A stretch of DNA of 61,379 bases, the filler included, from Hausera hauseri (lineage: Eukaryota), in assembly GCA_046269625.1 (NCBI GenBank). It is 11 parts of 11 records of this genome, joined end to end, with 100 filler letters (N's around TTAATTAATTAA, not from the genome) between each part and the next. Parts side by side here need not be neighbours in the genome. Positions count along the whole stretch, not along the records: positions 4,196 to 14,098 come from JBJURY010268841.1; positions 14,199 to 18,660 come from JBJURY010568895.1; positions 18,761 to 23,293 come from JBJURY010538453.1; positions 23,394 to 28,541 come from JBJURY010322162.1; 7 more parts are not named here. One strand, 5' to 3'. Below are positions 13,498 to 24,529 of the stretch, in pieces. A program made the position numbers and the translations under genes. How positions within the stretch are numbered: position 1 is the stretch's first letter; the number at the start of each line of letters is the position of its first letter. A model generated the notes under the pieces. That model was not told the DNA's origin and did not search any database. It saw only the letters and a program-made list of their open reading frames with translations.

Positions 13498-14098
13498 TTA
13501 GGTTATGTCAAAAGTAATGTCGTTTTTTTTACTAAAAATGAAACGTGAAAAATTAAATAACAAACAAGTATTTTATTGGACAATTTAATCTCCATCGCGT
13601 TGTATCACTTCATGCCACCTGGAAACCAAATTTTCTATACCTGATTTGTAAAAATCTTCAGATTTGGATTCGAAATACTCATCAAGTGCCTTTTTGAGAG
13701 CATCGATTGAAACAAATTTTTTCCCTAAAAGATAATGTTGTAGGGACCTGAAAAGACAATAATCTGTAGGTGCAAGATCAGGACTATAAGGTGGGTGAGG
13801 AAGAAGATCCCAGCCAAATTCCTTAATTTTTTCCAGCGTCTTTTTTGCTGTGTGTGGTCTTGCGTTGTCCTGATGCAATACAACCCCTTTTCTATTTGCA
13901 ATTACTGGCAAGTTTTCTTTGATTTTTTCATGTAAACGGGTCAGTTGCTCTCCATATAAATCGGTATTAATTGTAACACCAGGTTTGAGCAACTCATAAT
14001 AAACGATACCTTTGCGATACCACCAAACGCATAATAAAACTTTCTTACCATGAATATTGGGTTTTGCAGTAGATGTTGAGGGTTGTCCGGGGGAAAGC
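13498..14098 (-). mobile_element. mariner (DD34D) transposon, 3' part with TIR
   Basis: HGKKVLLCVWW, LHQDNARPH, LPHPPYSPDLAPTDY. TIR-like TA|TTAGGTTATGTCAAAAGTAATGTCG at 13498. Confidence 0.92.
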
Positions 14099-14198
14099 NN
14101 NNNNNNNNNNNNNNNNNNNNNNNNNNNNNNNNNNNNNNNNNNTTAATTAATTAANNNNNNNNNNNNNNNNNNNNNNNNNNNNNNNNNNNNNNNNNNNN

Positions 14199-15170
14199 TG
14201 GAATAATAGTAATTATGTTAAACGAAAGAACAATAGCACGCAGAAGTATGAGCGATACTATAAAAATTGAAGTTTTTAACAAACATCAGCTACATAGGCT
14301 GAATTAGACGTAGAAACGAAATTACGTTTTAGATTAAAAAATAATGGTCAGAAGTCGAATAATAAAAAGAAATATGCTAAGGATGGAAGAACATTGCCCT
14401 GTGTAGATTCTGAAGGAAGATTAAGATGTTTTAACTGTAATAAATATTGCCACATCGCCAAAATGTGTCGATCATGCAAGCGGAAATTCCCTTAGTCCAA
14501 AGATAGTAACAAGTATAAGAAAGGCTACATGTCAGCCGCACCGGATGAATCGTTAGACAAGAAATACGAAACGGAGGATAAAGTTAGTAAACACGAAAAT
14601 AAAGAGAAGGATAAGAAGAAAGAAAGTGTTAATTATGTTAACGATATATTATCTCAATGGATGAAGATGCAATTAGATATGGAATTGAAAGATTACAAAA
14701 CTCGGCAGAAGAGGTTGCGAGATAACAGTATTTACATGGTAGAAGAAGAAACTAAAGGTAGAAAACCTCATCAAAGTTGAAAGAAAGGTAACAATAAATT
14801 GTGAGAAGTGAAGTATAACAAGAGAAGAAAAAAGGATGAGAAAAGAGCATCCTTCGCAAATCCACATTAGAAGAAAGCGATAATAAAGTACAACCTATAA
14901 AAACATTTGAGGGAACAGTAATTGAACAAGTAGTGTGGGATATAGAAGCTTATTTGGATGTTGAAGATGATATCATAGAAGCGGTAGTTGCAATCAACCC
15001 TGAAAATATAATTGACGTAAATAAAGCAACAACATCGATATTTAAACTAATAGATAATAAATTATCAACAGTTGAACTAAATGAAATCTTATTCCAATTA
15101 TTAATATTAGCTCACGACCATAGTCCCGTACGAGAAATAACACGAACAGACACAAAGAAGAAACTATAGA
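14199..15170 (+). mobile_element. Degenerate retroelement gag region with CCHC zinc knuckle
   Basis: CFNCNKYCHIAKMC (CX2CX4HX4C) at 14427-14468, followed by A-rich charged coding sequence with stops and frameshifts; intronless. Confidence 0.65.
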
Positions 15171-15177
15171 TAATATA

Positions 15178-15834
15178 ATGAGGAAATTAGAACCACCTGA
15201 AGAAGGAATGCATCCGTTAGGTGACACTCAGGACGTTACGGTCAAAACGGAAGCTAGAAGAAGAGGAAGGCCCATAGGAACGAAGATACGTTACATTTGC
15301 TATAAAATCGATAGAAACGACGAGATTGTACGCCGTTTACTGTTGACAGAAACGGATACAAAATCAAAATCTGTAAACACAGATCCTCTATTACCGACGT
15401 TACTAGCAAAATTACATACATTATTTACGTCTTTTGATATGCAGGTCACAATACCTGATGAACTGTTTCAAACCATACGCAATAGCATGCCACGAATCAT
15501 CAGGAAATTTTACGAAAACATTAGTGAAAAAAGGATTAATGAATTACATGACCAAGACATTCTAGAAACAGTGTTCGCCACCGGAATCACAAGAGAAAAA
15601 GTATTGACAGCCATAGCTTATCTACTATATAAATTAATGGCTATTAATTACCAAGCACAGAATCTGTAGGAAATTGAGCGTAACGTAAAGACAACGATTA
15701 AAATCCTACGAGGTACGCTGGAAAATTGGGTTCAATGTAGAGGTGGTTGGATGCAAAGTTTAATGAATAGTAGGATAAGAACCGAAATTCATGAAAGGTC
15801 ATCAGGTATGCTAACCATGACCCTATGTAGGTAA
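15178..15834 (+). pseudogene. Bcl-2 family (BOK-like) domain with one internal TAG, downstream of gag
   Basis: BH1-like VFATGITREKVLTAIAY at 15571. In the same frame past TAG 15667-15669 is BH2-like LRGTLENWVQCRGGW, ending at 15750. Spacing matches BOK IFSAGITWGKVVSLY...RKTLATWLRRRGGW. Confidence 0.72.
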
Positions 15835-17667
15835 TGTCATTATGATTTTGTATTATCAATAAAAATTTCACGGATTCACTATTTTAAAGTACTATATGAT
15901 ATAGAGTAATAGTAATACACATATTTAGTAAGTATTGGAATGTAGTATTGATATTTTAGTGATGCATTTGTCTTGTGGAACATGAATGGTGATTTGATTC
16001 AATTTATAAAATGACGTGTGTGCATATCATATTTTAACTATATACATCCAAAATTAAGTAAAATTTGCATTACTACATTTAGTTGGATTTCCCGAAAGCT
16101 GTACTTCGGATTCTAGTTCGTTAATAATTGAGTTAGACTATAAATGTCTAAATGTAGCAGATATAGTTTGTTAAATAACGTGAATTCATAAAAAAGTACA
16201 ATCGATATATAACTGATAATCTATATATAAATAATCAATCAAATCATGAAATCAACTGACAAAAGGAAGGGACAATATTTTGATATAATCATTGTATTAT
16301 GTGAGATTAGAAAAAATGTTATAGAAATTACCAACTAATCATCGAACTATTTCCGAGGTCTATTAAAATGCAAGTCGAATAATACCCGAAGAATCCATAA
16401 ACAAATATACAGCCTCATCCGAGGTAAATAATTGAAATAATTGCAATTAAAATAAATACGAACTAATTTTCATTCATCTGTTTGTTATTGAAATGTTTCG
16501 GTCACGAATTACTGTCTTTTGTATAGAAACGGCAATTTGTAATTTTAACGGTTAACAAAGGAACAGAAGGTGTTGATTTGAGGAGGGTGTGGCATAAAAT
16601 TATGTATTGTTTTCTGTTTAATGGGGATAATTCGATGGGGGTAATTGGTTTACAAGGGAACGAATTGTACAAGTAAATCTGGGAGACTTTTTATAACAAA
16701 ATATCAGAGAGACGTACAAAATACAATGCTCATTAATTATGTGAAAGAAATTTTTGACAGTATTTCGCATCTGTTCAAATCCCCCCACACTTCAGAAAAT
16801 TTTTTATAAATTTTCTCGAGTTTTTTTGTTTTTCTCAAATATTAATTTGCATCCATTATAGAAAAACAAACAAAATGACGTTAGACAATAGAGATGATTG
16901 TTTGTTTAAATTTTTTGATAATACTTGTCAATATTTTGTATTGTTTTGATAAGTTAAATATTTTGTTTGTAGAAAAATTTTTCCGACCATTAAAATTTGA
17001 CTCATAACATGTGATCATTCATGTGTAAAGTTAATATTTATATAGAAGGAAGAAATATAACAAAAGAAATGAAAATTTGCATGTTAAGGGGAAAATGGAA
17101 GAAGTGCCAAATGGTTTCATCAGCATCATGTTCAGAAATCAAGCAGGAATAAGTGCTAGAAAATGAAAGGGGGCTGGAATTTGCAATAATCAATATTTAA
17201 TTTGACTTCAGTTTCATCTGTTTCAGTTTTAATTTGCGATGACGACTCGATGACTGGCCAAGTTTGCTCACGTGACTTGACTTCCTTGCAAAACCTATTA
17301 TTCGATGTGTAATAAACTTGGAAATCGATTCTTGATGAGACGATTGAAATCTTATTTCCGTGAAAGCTCGACAGAAGCTGTTTTCATGGGGCTACCGCAA
17401 CATTTCAGTAAAATGTAACACTGCAACAACATGGCTGCATATTCATCTCTTGGAACTTCTTTATTATCCCCAAACTCTTTCTTCGAATGTATTTTGCAGG
17501 GGTTAAATAGTGAACAAGTACCAAAGCATAGGGTGAATAATGCAAACAGGTCATCCAATATGTAATAAGCCATGTTCATTCATTATTTTGAAGCCGGATG
17601 TTTATTTTATCGACCAAACTCGTTGATTACTGCATATTCTAAATCACTTGAACTACAATTATTCACC

Positions 17668-18180
17668 ATGCGATCTATATTTTATTCCTTAATATCATTT
17701 TTATTCATAATATTACATGGTTCGGATGGTTGGTTTTTCAATCAACGTTATTTACTACTTACTGAACTTGTACGTAGTCTAATTTTCAATTTAGGTCGCA
17801 TCGATAAGGCATTTTCCTTATTCAAATATTCGTGCTCGTGTGGTAATATTTTACCATCGAATTCTGCTCATTTCCTTTCAAATGCTCTCATAAATGCCGG
17901 CTATCGATCAATAATGAAAAAGAAATGGGTCAGTAGATGCCCGTTAAAACGATTGGTGAAGTCTGAAGATGTTCGAGAATGGGTTCGAAAAAAACTCCGA
18001 CGATATTATCCACATGAAATATCTCGACGACGTGGGACAAAATATTATGTGGTATTTCAAGCTCGATCGTCGTTCAGCGATGGACATGTTTTGTTGATGC
18101 GATTTATTGATGGGAAATATTCGGATTTTGCTGGTACAGGGAATAATCCCGATTGGACAATTCAAGAATTTTATAGATGA
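17668..18180 (+). CDS. Small secreted protein, possible papain-fold amidase-like (Tae4/Amidase-type) family
   Basis: Signal peptide MRSIFYSLISFLFIILHGSDG. Motifs CSCG...NSAHFLSNALINAGY and GHVLLM. Probable in-frame 48-nt intron at 17747-17794. Confidence 0.5.
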   Translation: MRSIFYSLISFLFIILHGSDGWFFNQRYLLLTELVRSLIFNLGRIDKAFSLFKYSCSCGNILPSNSAHFLSNALINAGYRSIMKKKWVSRCPLKRLVKSEDVREWVRKKLRRYYPHEISRRRGTKYYVVFQARSSFSDGHVLLMRFIDGKYSDFAGTGNNPDWTIQEFYR

Positions 18181-18760
18181 ACAGTATTTATTTTGGTCTG
18201 GGTTTAGACTAAATATGATGAATTTGTTTTGATGTTGTATATATATGGACAGAGATGGTCATAAAAATAAACATTCGAGTCTCGAATGTTCATTTAGCTA
18301 TCTACTGAATGTTGCGAATTACCGATTATTTATATTTTATCAAAAAATCTCCAATACGTATTGTGGAGGTCATTGGAGTATGATAGTAAATTAAATTACA
18401 ATCGATAGTAAATTATTCAAATATTGAACATCGATAAGGTCAGTTTTGAAATTGATTGGTTGAATTTTGAATACGAATGTTTATTGATTATTTTGAAAGT
18501 CATCTGATCAAATTGTAATTCATAAATCGAAGTACCACTGATTTAATTTAAGAAAGTCACTGGTAATATAAGACTGTGGTGCTGGCGTCGACTGTTGCCC
18601 TCCGGCCCATTCGGTTGGGCACGGTCGGGTTTTCCGCCGCCGGCGTGTCGGGCGCATAGANNNNNNNNNNNNNNNNNNNNNNNNNNNNNNNNNNNNNNNN
18701 NNNNTTAATTAATTAANNNNNNNNNNNNNNNNNNNNNNNNNNNNNNNNNNNNNNNNNNNN

Positions 18761-18837
18761 ACCCTTCCACTGGACGTACACAGTCGCTAACATCCAGACG
18801 GCAATTATAAAATCCCACTTTCTCTCACATTACAATT
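18761..18837 (+). repeat. 77-bp exact terminal direct repeat of this contig (second copy 23217..23293)
   Basis: ACCCTTCCACTGGACG...CACATTACAATT is identical at both contig ends. Confidence 0.95.
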
Positions 18838-19106
18838 TACTGCAGTCAATGATGTTTGAGGAACGACACGACTCGCGACATTTCTGGACATGTCAATAGC
18901 ATTTCGACTACCGCGCAGTCGACCGGAATGCGGAGATCTTAAAAAAACCAATGAATAATTCGAATTTTCATAACCACAATTTAGTTCGTCAATTTTTAAA
19001 TAATAATACTAATATTCGATTGAGGTTCAATGTCGATAATTGCGGTACTGCCATCAAAGTTGGTTCATTCGACGAAAATATTTCATCCAACACCATTTTC
19101 AATTCG

Positions 19107-19196
19107 ACCACTCCTTTTCGTCACTACAAATACCTGTTTATGACATTCGGTTTGCGAAATGCCGTACAAAATTTTCAGCGCCACATTGATTCAATT
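19107..19196 (+). mobile_element. Gypsy reverse transcriptase fragment fused in frame to the BI-1 fragment
   Basis: TTPFRHYKYLFMTFGLRNAVQNFQRHIDSI matches the RT TPFG...MPFGLxNAxxxFQR motif. Confidence 0.8.
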
Positions 19197-19198
19197 CC

Positions 19199-19549
19199 AT
19201 TTAATTTCATGAGTGTTTTCAAATTTGATCATTTAGATAAGGATGTTCAGAATCATTTACGAAATGTTTATAGTACACTGGCCATTGGTTTCGTAGCAGC
19301 TACTGGTGGTGCGTATGTACGCTCAGTGCCCTACTTAATCGATAACGGGTGTTTATCTTCTTTGCAGGAATTTTGTTCACGGCATTGAATGTACTGTTGA
19401 TGGTTGGATTCGTCAATTTGCTTATTGGATCTCGCGTTATCATAACAGCTGAACTATATTTGGGACTGGCGGTGTTCTGCTTGTTTGTTCTTTTTGACAC
19501 GCAGCTCATCGATGAGAAACGACGATTGGGCGATACGGATTTTATTTGC
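19199..19549 (+). pseudogene. TMBIM6: Bax inhibitor-1 fragments (N-terminal and C-terminal pieces, middle deleted)
   Basis: FKFDHLDKDVQNHLRNVYSTL...GGAYV and ELYLGLAVFCLFVLFDTQLIDEKRRLGDTDFI match BI-1 (HLKKVY; FVLFDTQLIIEK..GD.DY). Confidence 0.85.
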
Positions 19550-19789
19550 CTTTTTTTTAATATTTTATATTCTTTTGGCATATTTTGGAAAAATTTAAAA
19601 TAAAAATTGATTGTTTTCGTCCATTGTGAATTTTGCTATATCAATTTTAGATATTCATTTGCCAATTTTCTGTTGGAATTTTATATTATCGTTTTGGAAT
19701 TATTTTGTACATGCAGCGATTTATCAGTTAGCACTTTATAAATTGGTGTCAGACGTCTTTACAAAACTATTGTTTTATAATTGCATGTC

Positions 19790-20826
19790 ATGATAAAATA
19801 TTTTGCCATCAATAAAAGTCCTTCCAAACCCCATGCAATATCCAACTCAAGTCACGATAAAGGAAATACCAATCATTCTGAAAAGTCAAATCAGTCTCCT
19901 GAAAATGCCGAGTTCTATTCGAAAGAACGAGAAGAGATGTGGATAAAAATTTATACAAAGAAGCATTAGAATATCAAATGCAGTCGAACCATTCAAAATT
20001 AATTACGTGTTTGGAAGAAATTCTTTTTTCTCAATCATTGCAGAAAAATGATTTGGAATTCCATTTATCGGTCATTCAGGCAGAAGCGTACAAATTACTA
20101 GCCCACACGTACTGTAAAATGGATAAGTACGACGATTCGTTTGCGTTCTACAAAATAGCCATTAGATTGAATGAGAGATTTAAATTTATGGCGCGGATAT
20201 GCCGTCACGTGTGAACGATTGAAATATTCGAAGAAAGCCGTTGTTGGATACGAAGAGGTGTTGAAAATTAACGGTAGTTACTGGCCGGCATTGGATTTAT
20301 TGATAATTCTCACGTATTCGTTGGTACAGTTTGAGAAATGCCTGAAATTGTGCGAAATGGCTCTCGGTTTGGATTCACAATATGAGGCGGTCATTTATGT
20401 CGTTCAGTCGATTTTCTCATTTCAGCCATTTCTGAAGTTTTTTACGAATTTCGGTGAAATTGATCAAATTTTTTGGATTCGTCAATTTTCTCGAAGATAA
20501 ACAGTAAATTTGACGCTATCCGATCGAACATCCATGCTGAACGAATCGAAGAAGAATTGTGGAGTAAAGTTGATGTTATAAATTTTCTGAATTGGTTGAA
20601 AATAATCAATTGGGAATGTTTGACAAAGGCCATACTAGACATGTTTCAATATTTGAAACTATTAAATAAATTGGAGAGTATTATTAATTGTGGCCGTTTG
20701 TTGACAGATAACGATCTGAAATTGTTCATAGACCCTTTATCAAATTGTAACAGTAGGGATGATAAAGAACTTATCGAAGCCGTGAAAGAGAATGCAATGG
20801 AATGTGCTCCAGAGAATTATTCATAG
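19790..20826 (+). pseudogene. CABIN1: CABIN1 N-terminal TPR region, frameshifted and truncated
   Basis: MIKYFAIN; LYKEALEYQ; DLNLW...YEEVLKINGSYWPALDLLIILTYSL...ALGLDSQY...IFSFQPFL, compared with CABIN1 DVNLW...HWPCLDNLITVLY...IFEEQPCL. Confidence 0.75.
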
Positions 20827-21339
<513 letters not shown>

Positions 21340-21387
21340 GTAAGTCGACTGATGATGTATTTATATTTTCTGTAAATGATATTATAG

Positions 21388-21511
21388 TTCAATTTGTTGC
21401 CACGTTTATGCTTTAGTCCAAAAGTCAGATAGGAAGTACGATGAAGCCATGAAATATTATTTGAGAGCATTGAAAATGGATAAAATTAACATTCCGATAT
21501 TGCGCAATTTG
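21388..21511 (+). pseudogene. NAA15: NatA auxiliary subunit NAA15/NAA16 TPR fragment
   Basis: [40 protein letters not shown] versus NAA15 [40 protein letters not shown]. Preceded by intron-like 21340-21387 (GTAAGT...AG). Confidence 0.8.
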
Positions 21512-23293
21512 AGGGGAAACGCGGCCACCCTGCATTTTGGGGCCCGCCGTGCCGAGGCGGAGGTCCCGACCGTCAACCCTGCTCCGGTTGGTCGGACGAC
21601 GCCTTTCGCATCGTCCCTACACCACGCCACTAGACGCACTACTTATTCCCCCTCTATTTTCCTTTTCCTCAATAATACCCATATTTACACAATCACAGCA
21701 CCACATTTACATATTGCAACTCATCGTACCTTCATTTCTTTTTCACTTAACTCTTCAGAATTTTATCTCACTCATAACGGCGCTATAATACCTCTCACCG
21801 GAACCCTACCATTTTTCTCGAGCAACACTTGTTTCCACATACATCCCCGTATCCGTGGTGGCATGTACCCTTCGCCAACCATTGACACCACGGATAAAAC
21901 CGCCACAAAACCAAAATCTGTCATATTACTTCAAAAACCCACTCCTAATCCTGTTAGAAACTTCCAACTCATTACCTATTCAGCTCCTTTCCCTAACTGC
22001 ACCGAATTTTTCATTGCCAACCAAGGCTCCAGCGAAACTTGGTTGCAATTCCATTAACTATAGCTATAGGTAAATAACATCACCGACTCTTTAACTAAAG
22101 CACATAATCTTCTCTTCCTACTGCCTAATAGTATCAAAGCACGCATTCACAATATTATCGAAATCTTCGAACTTCCAGACCCATATTCCCAACTTTCTAA
22201 CGCAGTTTTTAAGATTACAGAACCTTCCATAGACACGATCATACGTTTCTTCCACGACATCGTTATAGGCACCCAACAGCCATCAGAATTCTTACGTACT
22301 TCTTTAGCACATCTCCATACCCTCGGCGTCACTAAGGAACACAACCAAAATCTACTGCACCACTATTTCCTTAATGCGCTACCTATCCAAATCCGGGTCC
22401 TACTTACCGTGGTGGAGGACTCGACACCGTTTGAGAAATTGGCCGAATTAGTCGATAGAACACGATGTCCTACATGTAAATTCTCCACCAGTTGTTTCAG
22501 CAGCAGTTGCCGCTAACGATAATACATCCATAGAACAATAGCTTAATCAGCTCCGTGCTGAAAATATTGCACTGCCTGCAACAATCAACAATATCAATAA
22601 TGAACTAAGCAAACTTACCCTATCCCGCCGGAGGGATTTTGCCGCTGACCGCGTCCGTTCTGAGTCTAGAAACCGCTCACCATCACCGGCGCGTTTGTCG
22701 ATCTGCTGTTACCACAGCAGATTTAACACTAATGCTCCGAACTGCTGCCTAGGGTGCAAATTTTATAACAAGAATTTTTCCTCGGACACCTTTGTTTGCA
22801 TCTACCATGCAAGGTAAAAAAAACCAAGCTCGTAAATGTATTCAAGGCTGCACTTCAAATCCAATACGAACGACGGACGTACTGTCTTTCCTTCTAATAG
22901 TCGTCCTAATTCACCCTTTCTAAAAACTAAGTTCGCAGCCAGAAGTCACGGCAAACTATGGCAAAGGCACTACTTCACTTTCTGAACGCCGACATGTCTT
23001 TTTTGCTGTCTTTACTGTAAAGGCTGCAATCACTGCTCCTACAACGCAATCTATTGACTTCCTCATCGATACAGGTGCAGCGATTTCTTTATTACCACAA
23101 ACCTTTCCTATACAAAATTCTCCATTTAAAATTAAGCCCTTATACACTGCTTCAGGCCAACCGCTGCACATTTCTGGCATGGCTAAATTATCTTTCACGT
23201 TACCAAATTTTCCTTTACCCTTCCACTGGACGTACACAGTCGCTAACATCCAGACGGCAATTATAAAATCCCACTTTCTCTCACATTACAATT
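21511..23293 (+). mobile_element. Gypsy (CsRN1-like) retrotransposon copy A: GC-rich leader, UBL-RIRGG, gag, protease (degenerate)
   Basis: Gag motifs QQPSEFLR, YFLNALP, KLAELVD and CCYH...C...C; protease FLIDTGAAISLLP. Homologous to 44341-45457 and 52797-56605. Confidence 0.88.
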
Positions 23294-23393
23294 NNNNNNN
23301 NNNNNNNNNNNNNNNNNNNNNNNNNNNNNNNNNNNNNTTAATTAATTAANNNNNNNNNNNNNNNNNNNNNNNNNNNNNNNNNNNNNNNNNNNN

Positions 23394-24529
23394 ATTCATA
23401 GGTTAGCAACACTTCGCCCGTAACTCGACCGAAAATTCCTTCTCTCATTGGAATTATTGGAGAAGCCAGTTCTGGGTTTGCATATATAAGAGTCATTTTA
23501 GTTCTCATAATTTCTGTATCCAATTTACAGTCATTCATTATCATTTTATCATATAGTTCCTTTATTCCTACTTGTCCTTTATAGTAGAAGTAATCGTCTC
23601 TATTTTTCAGATAGTCTTCAATCCGAACATCCTGCATTTCTAATTTGTAGGTTTTTGCGTTTATTTCCGTTTCGGCTACAAAGAACGCTTCGTAGTTTGT
23701 GGCGAACATTACTACATCGCAGCGAGTCATCATTTATTTTTTTATAAATTTTAGTCTATGCGATTCCGGGATGTTCCGATACATCTTCGCGTTTTCTTGA
23801 ATTAGTCTCCGATTTGTCTACATAACGTTTTCCGGTAGTTTCATTAAACTTTAACACTTTAATTTTGATAAAGTTACAGCTTCTTGCCGAGGGAGGTTCC
23901 CATATTATAACCGAACTACTAAAAGCACAAGTTCCGTCTTGTAAATGGCATTTTTGATTCTCAGTGTATAACTTAGTGATACTATGGAACATCACCTCCT
24001 GTGATCGCATTTCTAATTCGTAGAAATCCACAACCACCACGTTTGATTCCAATCCTTTTCCGGTGTCATATTTGGTTCCACTACAGTGTCCGCTATGCAT
24101 ATCTAGTTTTCCGGCTACCACTTTATATGCCGTAATTATTTTCCCTGGCTGCATCTTCAATTGCATATTATCCCATTGTATTCTTCCAGTTTCTTTGGCT
24201 TGCTTACAGTGTTGGCGTTCTAAATTCATCGGAATTAGTGGAGTTGTTGGCTTAATTATAGAGGAGTGTCCATGTACTAAACCGCAGTAAAAAATGCTTC
24301 GTGATTGTCTCAGCATGCATTCCATCCCATCCTACGATATCAGTTCTCGTTGTTGGTATAGGAAGTAGTGTTTCTCCTTTGTCTCCAACTTGTGTAGTCT
24401 GGCATTTTCGCACACTTCCAAATCCATTAGGGAGTACCTCTGTCTTAGTTTAAATTTTTTGCAATCGTAGACAGTTACGGCGCCTATGTGTTTAATTATT
24501 ATCATCAAGGTGAGTAAGTTAATCAGCAA
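23394..24529 (-). pseudogene. Viral-type envelope glycoprotein (chuvirus-like, class III fusion type) with internal signal peptide
   Basis: LLINLLTLMIIIKHIGA|VTVYDC...YSLMDLEVC...FYCGLVHGHSS...VAGKLD..GHCSGTKY...CHLQDGTC...IIW...NPELA...GRVTGEVLLTYE, the Cys/motif pattern of chuvirus-like G proteins. Confidence 0.72.

Noticed and set aside
15667-15669. Stop-codon reassignment suggested by many single in-frame TAG/TAA stops
   Set aside because: The stops occur in decayed elements alongside frameshifts and are of all three types; the intact host exons show none.
17050-17580. Coding-looking sequence upstream of the secreted gene
   Set aside because: Stops in all frames and no recognisable motif.
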